Notes: a model not told the origin generated them from the letters alone. A DNA stretch of 64,000 bases from Gemmatimonadota bacterium (GCA_963666735.1 OY762926.1:1600001-1664000), one strand, 5' to 3'. Positions 38,928 to 49,724 are shown, counted from the stretch's first letter. Program-made: numbers and translations.

Positions 38928-41900
38928 ATGTGTGATTCCCGCACCGACTCGGCTCCCGGCGCCCGTTCGGCTTCCGCCGGCGTGTTGGCGCTTCTCTGTC
39001 TCGCGCTTGCCGCGCCCGCGGTCGCCGCGCTCCCGCAGGAAGGCGACGTCGCGCCGGCCTGGGACGTGACCGCGCCGCTCGGCGAGACGCGAGAGATCGA
39101 TTTCACGACGGACGAGGGGACGTGGATGTCGATCGACCTCGAGCCGGGGGGTGAATGGCTCGTGTTCGACCTCCTCGGGCACATCTACCGGCTTCCGGCG
39201 GAGGGGGGCGAGGCCGAGGTCCTCACGCAGAACACCGGCGTGGCGGTCAACTATCACCCGAGCCTGTCGCCCGACGGGTCGACGATCGCCTTCATCTCGG
39301 ACCGCGGCGGGCAGAGCAATCTGTGGCTGATGGACGCGGACGGGTCGAACCCGCGGCCGGTGTTCGAGGACCAGGGGCTGCGCGCCTGGGAGCCCGCCTG
39401 GAGTCCCGACGGCCGGTTCATCGCCGTGCGGCGCTCCTCGACGCGGCGGGGCGGGGGCGGCGCGCCGCCGGGGCTGTGGATGTACTCGCGCGACGGCGGC
39501 GAGGGCGTGCAACTCGTCGGCTCGGACTATTCCGGCGCCCAGTGGCCGTCGTTCTCGTCGGATGGGGCGTCGCTCTACTTCCACTTCCGGGCCGCGCCGA
39601 CGGGGCTGTGGTCCGGCCGGCTGGACATGACGCAGGGACACAAGCAGATCCGGCGGCTCGACCTCGAGACCGGGCGGGTGGATGAGATCACCTCCGGGAT
39701 CATGGTGCAGCAGGGACAGACCTCGAGCGGCGGGGCGATCGCGCCGGAGCCTTCGCCGGACGGCCGCCGGCTCGCCTTCGCGCGCCGCATCCCGGATGGG
39801 ACGATCTCCCACGACGGGCACCGGTTCGGGCCCCGGACGGCGCTCTGGCTGCGCGACCTGGAGACGGGGGCCGAACGCGTCCTCATGGACCCGATCGAGG
39901 TGGACATGGCGGAGGGGATGAAGGTGACCCGCGACCTCCCGGGGTACGCGTGGGCCTCGGACTCGCGCTCGATCGTGGTTTCGGCGGGCGGGAAGATCCG
40001 CCGCGTGGACCTCGACGGCGCCGTCGCGACGATCCCCTTCACCGCCCGCGTGCAGCGCACGATTTCGGAGATGGCGGGGCGCCCGCAGATGGCGCTGGGC
40101 GAGACGTTCAAGGTGAAGTTCCCGCGCTGGACCGCCTCCTCGCCGGACGGCGGCCGGCTCGCCTTCCAGGCGGTGGGGCGGGTGTGGACCATGGATCTGC
40201 CGGACGGGACGCCACGGCGGCTCACGCCGGATTCGTTCGGGCCGTTCGAGATGGCGCCCGCGTGGTCGCCGGACGGGCGCTCGATCGCCTTCACGAGCTG
40301 GGCGGACGCCGACCAGGGTCACGTGTGGCGGGTCTCCGCGGACGGGGGCGAGCCGCGGCAACTCACCACGCAGAGGGGCGAATACCTCAACACCGCGTGG
40401 AGCCCGGACAGCCGGGACATCGTCGTCACGCGGGGGTCGGGAGCGACGAGCCACGGCCGGACCGTGGCGAGCAACCAGTTCTTCGACTTCGTGCGCGTGT
40501 CGGCGGAGGGCGGCGACGCGACGCTGATCACGAAGGTGGCGCGGCCCTACGGGGGCGGGCGTCCGCTGATGCCGCGGCGGCCCGTCGCGCAGGCCTCCTT
40601 CGGGCCGGACGGACGGCTCTTCTATCCGGAGGCCCTGGGGCCCGGCGACGGCGAGCCGGCGGGGACCGAGATCGCCTCCATCCGCCTCGACGGTAGCGAC
40701 CGCCGGGTCCACTTCACCCTGCCGGACGCGGACGAGGCGACGGTGTCGCCGGACGGAGCATGGCTCGCCTTCCAGGAGGGCGACAACGTGTACCGGATGC
40801 CGTTCCCGTACGGGGGGACGGGGTCCAACATCGTCCGCATCGCCAAGCGCAACGGCCAACTCCCGGTGACGCAGGTAAGCTTCGAGGGCGGGATCCATCC
40901 GCGCTGGCGCGACGCGAACACGCTCGAGTTCGTGAGCGGCCCCCGCTACTACACGCACGACCCGAACAGCGGCGAGACGGTCGAGACGCCGATCGACCTC
41001 GAACTCCCGCGCCACATCGCCCTCGGGAGCGTCGCCTTCACCGGGGCGCGGATCATCACGGTGGAGGACGGCCAGGTCATCGAGAGCGGCGACATCGTCG
41101 TGCGGAACGGCCGCCTCGCCTGCGTCGGCGACTGCGACACCGCCGGCGCGGACCACGTGATCGACGCCTCCGGCACGACGATCATGCCCGGCCTCATCGA
41201 CATGCACGCACACCATCACCGCGACCACCTGGGCGTGATCCCCCAGCGCAACTGGGAGTCCGCGATCTACATGGCGTACGGGATCACGACGACGCTCGAC
41301 AACTCGCAGTGGTCGTCGAACGTCTTCCCCGCCGCCGAACTCGTCGAGGCCGGGGCGATGATCGGCCCACGCACCTACAGCACGGGGGATCCGGTGTACT
41401 CGGGCGACGGGGCGCGCCAGAACGAAATCACGAGCCGGGAGGTCGCCGGCCAGAACGTCGCGCGCCTCGCGTCGTGGGGTGCAGTGATGATCAAGGAGTA
41501 CCTGCAGCCGCGGCGCGACCAGCGGCAGTGGGTCACGGAGGCGGCCCGCGAGCGCGGCCTGCGCGTCACCGCCGAGGGCGGCGACATCGAGTACAACATG
41601 GGCATGATCATGGACGGCCACACCGGCTGGGAGCACCCCATGAGCTACGTGCCCCTCTACGGCGACGTGGCAAAGTTCTTCGGCCACGCCGGCGCCGTGT
41701 ACTCGCCCACCTTCATGGTCGGCGGCCCCGGCGCCTGGAACGAGGAGTACTTCTTCCAGACGTACGAGGTGTGGAAGGACGAGAAGATGCGCCGCTGGCT
41801 CCCGTGGCGGATGCTCATCCCCTCCACCCGGCGCCGCATGATGCGCCCGGAGACGGACTACAGCTTCCCCCTCCTCGCGCGCGGCCTCGGCGACATCATC

Positions 41901-42323
41901 GAGGAAGGCGGCTGGGGGGCGATCGGGTCACACGGCCAGTTGCACGGCCTCGGTTCCCACTACGAGGTGTGGATGGCCGCGGCGGGCACGGACGAGATGA
42001 CGGGGATCGAGATCGGCACGATCCACGGCGCCCACTTCCTCGGTCTGGAGCACGAGACGGGGTCGCTCGCCGAGGGCAAGCTGGCGGACTTCATCGTCCT
42101 CAACTCGAACCCTCTCGACGACATCCGCAACACGGCGGACATCCGTCTCGTGGTGAAGGACGGGATCGTGTACGACGCGGACACGCTCGACGAAGTATGG
42201 CCCGACCCGAAGCCCTTCGGCGATCATTACTGGGTGGATGAGGACGCCCTCATGAGCGGCGACCGTCCCACCGACTACTGGGACCGGCGGCAGGAGGGCG
42301 GCGACCCCGATCCCCGAAGCTGA
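38928..42323 (+). CDS. Secreted amidohydrolase with N-terminal PD40/TolB-like propellers
   Basis: Repeated 'PxWSPDG'; 'IMPGLIDMHAH', 'GSHGQLHG', 'GSLAEGKLADFIVL'. Confidence 0.9.
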   Translation: MCDSRTDSAPGARSASAGVLALLCLALAAPAVAALPQEGDVAPAWDVTAPLGETREIDFTTDEGTWMSIDLEPGGEWLVFDLLGHIYRLPAEGGEAEVLTQNTGVAVNYHPSLSPDGSTIAFISDRGGQSNLWLMDADGSNPRPVFEDQGLRAWEPAWSPDGRFIAVRRSSTRRGGGGAPPGLWMYSRDGGEGVQLVGSDYSGAQWPSFSSDGASLYFHFRAAPTGLWSGRLDMTQGHKQIRRLDLETGRVDEITSGIMVQQGQTSSGGAIAPEPSPDGRRLAFARRIPDGTISHDGHRFGPRTALWLRDLETGAERVLMDPIEVDMAEGMKVTRDLPGYAWASDSRSIVVSAGGKIRRVDLDGAVATIPFTARVQRTISEMAGRPQMALGETFKVKFPRWTASSPDGGRLAFQAVGRVWTMDLPDGTPRRLTPDSFGPFEMAPAWSPDGRSIAFTSWADADQGHVWRVSADGGEPRQLTTQRGEYLNTAWSPDSRDIVVTRGSGATSHGRTVASNQFFDFVRVSAEGGDATLITKVARPYGGGRPLMPRRPVAQASFGPDGRLFYPEALGPGDGEPAGTEIASIRLDGSDRRVHFTLPDADEATVSPDGAWLAFQEGDNVYRMPFPYGGTGSNIVRIAKRNGQLPVTQVSFEGGIHPRWRDANTLEFVSGPRYYTHDPNSGETVETPIDLELPRHIALGSVAFTGARIITVEDGQVIESGDIVVRNGRLACVGDCDTAGADHVIDASGTTIMPGLIDMHAHHHRDHLGVIPQRNWESAIYMAYGITTTLDNSQWSSNVFPAAELVEAGAMIGPRTYSTGDPVYSGDGARQNEITSREVAGQNVARLASWGAVMIKEYLQPRRDQRQWVTEAARERGLRVTAEGGDIEYNMGMIMDGHTGWEHPMSYVPLYGDVAKFFGHAGAVYSPTFMVGGPGAWNEEYFFQTYEVWKDEKMRRWLPWRMLIPSTRRRMMRPETDYSFPLLARGLGDIIEEGGWGAIGSHGQLHGLGSHYEVWMAAAGTDEMTGIEIGTIHGAHFLGLEHETGSLAEGKLADFIVLNSNPLDDIRNTADIRLVVKDGIVYDADTLDEVWPDPKPFGDHYWVDEDALMSGDRPTDYWDRRQEGGDPDPRS

Positions 42324-42433
42324 CGTTGCAACACGTGGAGATCGCGGGACGCGTGGCCCGGATCGAAGCGAAGGTGTTGGACGGAGCGGTGGCCGGGCCC
42401 GGTAACGCGGCGTGAACACGGCCGCCGGCCCGT

Positions 42434-43297
42434 TCAGTCGTTGCCGTCGATCGAGCGACGGATGGCGCGGGCGGTGATCCCGGCGCGGTAGTTGACGAGC
42501 CGCCGCCCGTTCTCGATCGTCCGCTCCACCGGTGAGAGGTCGACGCCGTTGATGGAGAAGAGGCCGGCCTCCAGCCGCTGGTCCGCGCGGATCGTGTTCG
42601 GATCGACCGTCGCCATAATGGACGAATAGTGATAGTCGTCGTGGTACTCGTTGCGGGTCGCCACGCACTCGTCCGGTTGCTGGAATATCTCCAGTTCCTC
42701 CTTCAGATAATCGCAACTGTAGATATCCTCGGTATAATACTCCGGGATGAAATGGACGCGGGCCGGACTGTCGGCCCAGGCCGCGTTGAGGGCGGCGGCC
42801 ACGTTCTCCATGCCGCTCACGTTCCCGCCGCTGTCTCCGATGAGGACGAGATGCTCGAACCCGTGCGCGGCGAGGCTGCCCAGCACATCCGTGAGCATGG
42901 CCTCGAACGTCTCCTGCCGGACGCTGATCGTGGCGTGGTACCGCATGTGTCCGGAGGGCGGATCGATGTTCCCCTCCGGGACCAGTTTGATGACCGGGGC
43001 GACGAGAGCGTTCCCCAGTTCGCGCGCGATCGCCTCCGCCGTGGCCCGCAGCACGAAGTTGTGCTTGCCGCTCGCCAGGTAGGGACCGTTCTGTTCGATG
43101 CCGCCGGTGCCGATGATCGCGGTCGTCATCCCCTCCGCGAGGGCGTCGCGCACCTCCATCCACGTCATCTCCTCGATCCACACCGTGTCGAGCCGGTCGA
43201 TCGGGCGCGGGGCGTCCAGGTCCTGAGCGTGGAGCGGGGCTGCGGTGACGGTCGTGAGGGCGACGAGAGCGGAAGCGGCGAGGATTCTGCTGAACAC
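42434..43297 (-). CDS. Creatininase-family protein, signal peptide
   Basis: 'IEEMTWMEV', 'TGGIEQNGP', 'LIGDSGGN'; GTG 43297 with GGAG RBS. Confidence 0.85.
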   Translation of the reverse strand: MFSRILAASALVALTTVTAAPLHAQDLDAPRPIDRLDTVWIEEMTWMEVRDALAEGMTTAIIGTGGIEQNGPYLASGKHNFVLRATAEAIARELGNALVAPVIKLVPEGNIDPPSGHMRYHATISVRQETFEAMLTDVLGSLAAHGFEHLVLIGDSGGNVSGMENVAAALNAAWADSPARVHFIPEYYTEDIYSCDYLKEELEIFQQPDECVATRNEYHDDYHYSSIMATVDPNTIRADQRLEAGLFSINGVDLSPVERTIENGRRLVNYRAGITARAIRRSIDGND

Positions 43298-43409
43298 GGC
43301 GGTCTCCCGGGATCGAGGCTGCGACGGACAGGGGGTCATCCCTTACTATACGGCGACGACAGGGCGAGATTCGAGATCCGCATCGGAGTCCCGGGAATCG
43401 GAGGATCCC

Positions 43410-45161
43410 ATGAGGTCAGCTCAAAGCGCCAACACCCCCTCTGTGAGGGCGGGATTTCGGCTGGCGGGCGTTGTGACTGCGAGCGTCCTGCTGGTCGGAA
43501 TTGCGGCGGCGTGCCGCGGCCCCGCGCCCGAGGCGGAGCCGTTCGACGTGGTGGAGGCGACGATTCCGGACATGCAGGCGGCGATGGAGAGCGGACAGCT
43601 CACATCGCGGCAGCTCGTCATGGAGCATCTGGCGCGGATCGCGCGCTACGAGTGGCAGCTCAACGCGGCGGTCTCGATCAACCCGAATGCCCTCGCGGAG
43701 GCCGAGACGCTCGACGCGGAGCGGGCGGCGGGCAACGTGCGCGGGCCGCTGCACGGCATCCCGGTCGCGCTCAAGGACAACATCCATACGACGCACCTCC
43801 CGACGACGGGCGGATCGCTCGCCTTCGAGGGCTATTACCCGCCGTACGAGGCGACGCTGACGACGAACCTTCGCGAGGCCGGCGCGATCATCATCGCGAA
43901 GGCGGGGCTCACGGAGTTCGCGAACTTCATGGCGGGACAGCCGAACCAGATGCCGGGCAATTACAACGCCCTCACGGGTTACGGCCTCAACCCCTACGAT
44001 CCTCGCCGCGACCCGCGGGAAGACCGCAACGACGGCCGTCCGGCGCTCACCACGGGCGGCTCCAGCTCGGGGATCGGGACGGTCGCCAGCTTCTGGGCCG
44101 CCAACGTGGGCACGGACACGGGCGGATCGATCATCAGCCCCTCGAACGCGAACATGCTCGTGGGGATCCGGCCGACGATCGCGCGCGTCAGCCGCCGGGG
44201 CGTGGCGCCCGTGACGCTCGACCACGATATGGCGGGGCCGATGGCCCGTACGGTGACCGACGCGGCGATCATGCTCGGGGCGATGGAGGGAGCCGCGCCC
44301 GACGCGAACGACGCTGCCACCGCGCGCTGCGAGGCGCCGCCGGGCCGGGACTACACGCCGTTCCTGAACGCGGACGGGCTGGAGGGCGCGCGGATCGGCA
44401 TCCCCCGGGCCTTCTACTACGAGCCCGTGGCGGTAGGCGGCGCGACGGTCGGCGGCCTCGGCGACGAAGCGGCGGCGCTCATGGCGGAGGCCATCTCGGT
44501 GCTCGAGGCCGCGGGCGCGGTGGTCGTGGACCCGGCCGAGATCCCCAGCTTCGTCGATCCAGACCCCGGGGCCAACTTCAACACGTGGCCGCTCTGCATC
44601 GGCGGGCACCAGGCGAAGGGTTCGGACGAGGGGTGTTCGGTCAACTTCAAGTACGGGATGAAGCGCGATTTCGACGCGTGGCTCGCCTCGCTCGGACCGT
44701 CGGCGCCGGTCAGGACGCTGACCGAGCTGCGCGAATGGAACCTCGCGCACCGCGACGCGGGGTCGATGAAGTACGAGCAGTCGCGCTACGACATCTCCGA
44801 TGAGATGGATGTGGAGTCGGACCGGGACCGGAACGCGGCGGACATGGCGAAGGATTCGCTTCTGAGCCAGACGCGGGGGATCGACGCCGTCCTGGAGGAA
44901 TACGACCTCGACGCGATCTTCACGCCGGGAAGCCGGGGAGCCGCGCTCGCCGCGCGGGCGCAATATCCGCACATCGTCGTGCCCTTCGGGTTCGTGCCCA
45001 ATACGCCGGCGCCGCCCTTCCCCGAGGGCTTCGACGCCCGGCCCGCGCCGTTCGGGATCGGGTTCACCGGCGCGGCCTGCAGCGAGCCCCGGCTCATCGA
45101 ACTCGCCTACGCCTTCGAGCAGGCCACCCTCCGCCGCGTACCGCCGGAGAGCTTTCCTTGA
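43410..45161 (+). CDS. Amidase-signature family lipoprotein
   Basis: 'GPLHGIPVALKDNI', 'GGSSSG', 'GTDTGGSI'; lipobox AAA-C. Confidence 0.92.
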   Translation: MRSAQSANTPSVRAGFRLAGVVTASVLLVGIAAACRGPAPEAEPFDVVEATIPDMQAAMESGQLTSRQLVMEHLARIARYEWQLNAAVSINPNALAEAETLDAERAAGNVRGPLHGIPVALKDNIHTTHLPTTGGSLAFEGYYPPYEATLTTNLREAGAIIIAKAGLTEFANFMAGQPNQMPGNYNALTGYGLNPYDPRRDPREDRNDGRPALTTGGSSSGIGTVASFWAANVGTDTGGSIISPSNANMLVGIRPTIARVSRRGVAPVTLDHDMAGPMARTVTDAAIMLGAMEGAAPDANDAATARCEAPPGRDYTPFLNADGLEGARIGIPRAFYYEPVAVGGATVGGLGDEAAALMAEAISVLEAAGAVVVDPAEIPSFVDPDPGANFNTWPLCIGGHQAKGSDEGCSVNFKYGMKRDFDAWLASLGPSAPVRTLTELREWNLAHRDAGSMKYEQSRYDISDEMDVESDRDRNAADMAKDSLLSQTRGIDAVLEEYDLDAIFTPGSRGAALAARAQYPHIVVPFGFVPNTPAPPFPEGFDARPAPFGIGFTGAACSEPRLIELAYAFEQATLRRVPPESFP

Positions 45162-46093
45162 GCTACACCGCGCGGGATCTGGTCGATCTGTTCGACCTCG
45201 AGCCGGTCGAGCGGAACATCTACCGCGGGCAGAACCGGGATATCGGCTCGGGCCGGATCTTCGGGGGACAGGTGCTCGCCCAGTCGCTCGTGGCGGCGCG
45301 CCGGACCGTCGAGACCGAGGACCGGGCGGCACACTCGCTGCACGGATACTTCATCCTCGCCGGGGACCTGGAAATTCCGGTCGTCTACTTCGTGGACCGC
45401 CTGCGCGACGGGCGGAGCTTCACCACGCGGCGCGTGACGGCGATCCAGCACGGGCGCGCGATCTTCAACATGTCCGCCTCGTTCCACAAGACGGAGGAGG
45501 GCATCTCGCATCAGGACGAGATGCCGGAGGTGCTGCCGCCCGAGGCACTCGAGTCCGAGATCGACATCATCCGGCGGAACGCCGAGCGCGTCCCTGAGCC
45601 GCTCCGCTCGCTGCTCACGCAGGACCGGCCGCTCGACCGGCGTCCCGTGGCCCCGCTCGACCCCTTCAAACCGAAGCCGGACAGGCCCATCCGGCGCGCC
45701 TGGATTCGCACGGTAGGAGATCTGGGCGACGACCCGCTCGACCACCAGGCCGTGCTCGCCTACGCCTCCGACTACGGGCTGCTGCGCGCCGCGCTCGTGC
45801 CGCACGGGCGTACCTTCTTCGACCGCGACCTGATGGGCGCCTCGCTCGACCACGCGATCTGGTTCCACCGTCCCTTCCGGGTCGACGACTGGCTCCTCTA
45901 CGTGACGGAGAGCACGACCGCGGGCGGCGCGCGGGCATTTACGCGCGGGAGCTTCTTCACGCGGGAAGGGGCGCTCGTGGCCTCGGTCGCCCAGGAGGGG
46001 GTGATCCGAACCGGCGGCCGGCCCCCTCGGGCCGAGGAGCCCGCAATCGATGAGGGAGACGGCAGGGGAGACGACAAGGGAGACGACAAATGA
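45158..46093 (+). CDS. tesB: Acyl-CoA thioesterase II
   Basis: 'RIFGGQVLAQ', 'HSLHGYF', 'LAYASD', 'ASLDHAIWFH', 'ASVAQEG'. Confidence 0.93.
   Translation: MSYTARDLVDLFDLEPVERNIYRGQNRDIGSGRIFGGQVLAQSLVAARRTVETEDRAAHSLHGYFILAGDLEIPVVYFVDRLRDGRSFTTRRVTAIQHGRAIFNMSASFHKTEEGISHQDEMPEVLPPEALESEIDIIRRNAERVPEPLRSLLTQDRPLDRRPVAPLDPFKPKPDRPIRRAWIRTVGDLGDDPLDHQAVLAYASDYGLLRAALVPHGRTFFDRDLMGASLDHAIWFHRPFRVDDWLLYVTESTTAGGARAFTRGSFFTREGALVASVAQEGVIRTGGRPPRAEEPAIDEGDGRGDDKGDDK
46054..46089. repeat. 12-bp tandem repeat GGGAGACGACAA, 3 copies (first imperfect)
   Basis: 46054-65, 46066-77, 46078-89; ends directly before ATG 46090. Confidence 0.85.
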
Positions 46094-47130
46094 CACGGCG
46101 AATCACACGACTCTTCTTCTTCCTCGCTCCGGTGCTTGCGGCGTGCGGCGGCACCGCGGAGGGAGGCGACGCCGCGGACGGCGCGGCGCGGCAGGTGGAG
46201 CCCGTCAACGACCTGCCCGGTCCCTACGAGCGCATCGAACCCTGGGCGGAACTGCCCCCGGGCGCGGTGCAGTGGGGACAGGTCACGGGCGTCGAGCAGG
46301 GACCCGGCGGCCATCTCTACGTCATGCACCGCTGCTTCGAGAACAGCTGCGCCGACCGGCCCGAAGACCCGATCGTCAAGTACGACCTGTCCGGCCGGGC
46401 GCTCGCTTCGTGGGGCGCGGGCCTGTTCAACTATCCGCACGGGTTCCACGTCGACCATGAGGGGAACGTCTGGGCGACGGACGCCCGCGGAAACGGGGAG
46501 CTTGGACACCAGGTGTTCAAGTTCAGCTCAGACGGCGAACTCCTGCTCACGCTCGGGCAGGCCGGCGTCGCGGGCCTCGGGCCCGACGTGTTCAACCAGC
46601 CGACCGATGTCCTCGTCCTTCCCGGCGGCGACCTCCTCGTCACGGAGGGTCACGGCGAGGGCAACGACCGCGTCGTGCGCTTCAGTCCCGAGGGGGATTT
46701 CCTGGACGCGTGGGGAGGGCCCGGCTCGGGGCCCGGCCAGTTCAGCACGCCGCACGCCATCGCCAGGGACTCGCAGGGCCGGATCTTCATCGGCGACAGG
46801 GCGAACAACCGCATCCAGATCTTCCTCGAGGACGGCACGTTCGTGGAGGAATGGAAGCAGTTCAGCCGTCCGAGCGGGATCTTCATCGACGACGACGACA
46901 CGATCTACGTCGCGGATTCGGAGAGCTGGGGGCCGAACAACCCCGGCTGGAAGAAGGGGATCCGCATCGGGAGCGCGCGCGACGGCTCCGTCTCGTACTT
47001 CATCGAGGACATCGAGTCCACGACGATCGAGCACAGCGGCGCCGAGGCCGTGGGCGTGGATGCGGAGGGAAACGTCTACGGCGGCGTCGTCCGCCGGCGC
47101 ATGCTCGAAAAGCACGTGCGCGTGAGGTAG
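46090..47130 (+). CDS. NHL-repeat lipoprotein (peptidyl-alpha-hydroxyglycine lyase-like)
   Basis: Lipobox LAA-C; 'PHGFHVD', 'FNQPTDV', 'GPGQFSTPHAIA', 'DRANNRIQIF'. Confidence 0.85.
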   Translation: MTRRITRLFFFLAPVLAACGGTAEGGDAADGAARQVEPVNDLPGPYERIEPWAELPPGAVQWGQVTGVEQGPGGHLYVMHRCFENSCADRPEDPIVKYDLSGRALASWGAGLFNYPHGFHVDHEGNVWATDARGNGELGHQVFKFSSDGELLLTLGQAGVAGLGPDVFNQPTDVLVLPGGDLLVTEGHGEGNDRVVRFSPEGDFLDAWGGPGSGPGQFSTPHAIARDSQGRIFIGDRANNRIQIFLEDGTFVEEWKQFSRPSGIFIDDDDTIYVADSESWGPNNPGWKKGIRIGSARDGSVSYFIEDIESTTIEHSGAEAVGVDAEGNVYGGVVRRRMLEKHVRVR

Positions 47131-47156
47131 AGGTCGGGTAGAGGACCGCGGCGCGG

Positions 47157-48224
47157 CTATTTCGTCCAGATCACGACAGCGCCGCAGCGCGCGTCGTATC
47201 CGCCGAACTCGGGCGGCAGCTCGCCGGGCCCCTGGTACACCTCGATGCCCCCGACCTCCACCGGCAACACCAGCGAGTCGAGTTCCCGGACCGGAATCGG
47301 AGAACCGTCGAGATAGGCGCTGAGTTCACAGCCCCCGGGCGTGAACCCTCCGGATGCCCTCGAACTCTCGACCCAGCAGTCGCGGAACCCGGAGCCGGGG
47401 CACCGAAGGCGGATACCGGGCGCGTCGGCCAGCATGTGCGAGACGCGAACCGGACGCCGGCGGTCGATGTCCTCCAGCGTGAAGTACGTGCCGCCGCCGA
47501 GCAGTTCGCCGAAGTACTTGCGGTCGTAAAACCCGTTGATTTCCAGCCGTCGCGGTCGGCTCGCGGTCACGACGAGCGGTTCCATCCGCACCGGCGCGGG
47601 CACGAGCCCGACCTGGAGTTCCGTGCTCAGCCCGCGGACCACCGTCACCTCATAGCGGAGGGAAGCGTAGCCGATCCTTTCGACCTCGAGCAGGTGCGAC
47701 CCGGCGGGCACCCCGGTGAGTGCGAACCGGCCCTGGCGGTCGCTCTGCACCTGCGCGGGCCGGCCGGTCAGCGACAGCGTGGCCGTGGCCACGGGGTCCT
47801 CCGTCGTCGCGTCGAGCACGCGGCCCACGATCCTGCCCGGCTCGGCGTCTCCGAACAGGACGCGCAGGTGGACTTCGTGTGCCGAGCCCGGTTCGAAGGC
47901 GACGACCGCCTCCTCACTCGAATCGTCTCCGAACTCCGCCCACAGCGTGGCCGCCCGCGCATCGCCGGGAACGCAGAGCGAGAACGCCCCGTCGGCCCCG
48001 GCGGGTTCGCGCACCGGCCTCAGCACGTCATCGGCGGTCCAGCGCAGGACGATCGTGGCTCCGGGAAGGACGAGGGCCCCGGACTCCTCGGTCACCAGCA
48101 CGTGAAGCGACGCCCGCTCTCCGCACTCCGTCGTCTCCTGGCCCGCGGCCGAACCGGCCGCCGCGGTCGGCAGCCCCAGAACCAGGGGCGCCGCTGTCGC
48201 CGCTAATCGAACTGTCCGGCCCAT
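47157..48224 (-). CDS. Carboxypeptidase-regulatory-like domains + TonB plug-like domain, no beta-barrel
   Basis: 'IVGRVLDA...SDRQGRF...ERIGY', 'GIEVYQG...CGAVVIWTK'; alternative GTG at 48284. Confidence 0.7.
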   Translation of the reverse strand: MGRTVRLAATAAPLVLGLPTAAAGSAAGQETTECGERASLHVLVTEESGALVLPGATIVLRWTADDVLRPVREPAGADGAFSLCVPGDARAATLWAEFGDDSSEEAVVAFEPGSAHEVHLRVLFGDAEPGRIVGRVLDATTEDPVATATLSLTGRPAQVQSDRQGRFALTGVPAGSHLLEVERIGYASLRYEVTVVRGLSTELQVGLVPAPVRMEPLVVTASRPRRLEINGFYDRKYFGELLGGGTYFTLEDIDRRRPVRVSHMLADAPGIRLRCPGSGFRDCWVESSRASGGFTPGGCELSAYLDGSPIPVRELDSLVLPVEVGGIEVYQGPGELPPEFGGYDARCGAVVIWTK

Positions 48225-48280
48225 CGCTGTCCCGGCGTAAACCATCTCCCTCTCCGTGGTCGTGATGTGGACCTTGCCGG

Positions 48281-49606
48281 TCACGCGAGGGCCGCGTCGA
48301 TCGTGGCGGCGTGCCTCCCGAGGAAGGCGTCGAATTCCGCGACCAGCGCGTCGCAGTCCTCGTCATCGTGCGCCAGCGAGACCGTGACGAACCCTCGGCG
48401 GGCCACGTAGAACCCGGCCAGCAGCATCTCGAGCTGGAAGAGATCGCGGGCGGCCATCGGCGTGTGGGCGACATCGGCGCGGCGGCGGATCGGCTTCCGC
48501 TGGAAGTGGACGGTCATGATCGAACCGCGGCCCGTGACCTGCACGGGCGCGTCCCTCGCCGCCGCGACCCCGTTGAGGGCGGCGCGCAGGGCGTCTCCGC
48601 GCACCGCCAGCCGGCGCACCGCGTCGGGCGTGAACACGTCGCGCAGCCCCGTGAGGCCCGCCGCCATGGTCAGCGAGTTGTTGTTGTGCGTGCCGGGGTG
48701 GCTGAGGTGATGCTCCCGGCGCGGATCGAAGCGGTCCATGAGATCGGCGCGTCCCCCGAAGGCGCCGAAGGAAGCGCCGCCCCCGAGGTACTTTCCGAAC
48801 GTCGTGAGATCGGCGTGGATGTCGAGCGCTCCCTGCAGGCCGCCCGGGGCGAGCCGCGACGTCTGGACTTCGTCGAAGATCAGCAGGACGCCCGCCCTGC
48901 GCGTCGCATCCGCCAGCGCCTTCAGAAATACCCGCGTCCCGGGGATGCACCCGCCCCCCGCGAGCATCGGCTCGACGAGCACGCAGGCGAGTTCGGTCGC
49001 CCGCTCCGCGATGAGCGACCGGGCGGATTCCGCATCGTTGTAGTCCGCGACGGTCCACGGGAAGGGCACGTTGAGACGCCGGTCCGGGCCGGTGAAGTTC
49101 AGGGGCCCGCCGTGGTACGCCCCGTCGAACACGAGCACCCCTTCCCGGCAGGTCACGGCGCGCGCCAGACTGACCGCCATGAGGTTCGCCTCCGTCCCCG
49201 AATTCGTGAAGCGCAGGCGGTCGACGGACGGAAAGCGGCGGCAGATGAGCTCGGCGAATTCCTGCTGGTTCGGGCTCGGGGCGCCGAGGGTCAGGCCCCG
49301 CCCCGCCGCCTCCACGATCGCGGCGCGGATGGCGGGGTTCGAGTGGCCGTAGAGTCCGGCCGTGTAGTCGTTGAGGAAGTCGACGTAGACGTGCCCGTCG
49401 AGGTCGTGCAGCCGCGACCCTTCGCCACGGACGATGGTGACGGGGAAGGGGTCGTAGTGGTTGACCGTTCGCGTATCCGCCCCCGGCAGGTAGTTCGTCG
49501 AGCGCTCGAAGCTCGCCTGGCTCAGGGGATTCGCCGCCGCGTAGCGGGCCGCCGCGTCGGCCGCGAGTTCCTCCAGTGACCGCGTCTGGACCGGGCCAGT
49601 CGTCAT
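48281..49606 (-). CDS. Class III PLP aminotransferase (glutamate-1-semialdehyde aminomutase-like)
   Basis: 'FTNSGTEAN', 'GAYHG', 'LIFDEVQT', 'TTFGKYLGGG'. Confidence 0.9.
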   Translation of the reverse strand: MTTGPVQTRSLEELAADAAARYAAANPLSQASFERSTNYLPGADTRTVNHYDPFPVTIVRGEGSRLHDLDGHVYVDFLNDYTAGLYGHSNPAIRAAIVEAAGRGLTLGAPSPNQQEFAELICRRFPSVDRLRFTNSGTEANLMAVSLARAVTCREGVLVFDGAYHGGPLNFTGPDRRLNVPFPWTVADYNDAESARSLIAERATELACVLVEPMLAGGGCIPGTRVFLKALADATRRAGVLLIFDEVQTSRLAPGGLQGALDIHADLTTFGKYLGGGASFGAFGGRADLMDRFDPRREHHLSHPGTHNNNSLTMAAGLTGLRDVFTPDAVRRLAVRGDALRAALNGVAAARDAPVQVTGRGSIMTVHFQRKPIRRRADVAHTPMAARDLFQLEMLLAGFYVARRGFVTVSLAHDDEDCDALVAEFDAFLGRHAATIDAALA

Positions 49607-49724
49607 CTGTTCCGTCCCGCGCTCGGGTTCTGCTACCTTGCCGGCGCCACCCGGTGCGCCCCGGGTGAGCGGGCGTTTCCCGGATTCCCGGACATTGGCT
49701 CCTTACGGGAGGATACGAAAGATC

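Noticed and set aside
48281..49606. hemL assignment
   Set aside because: Family-level similarity only; no tetrapyrrole context
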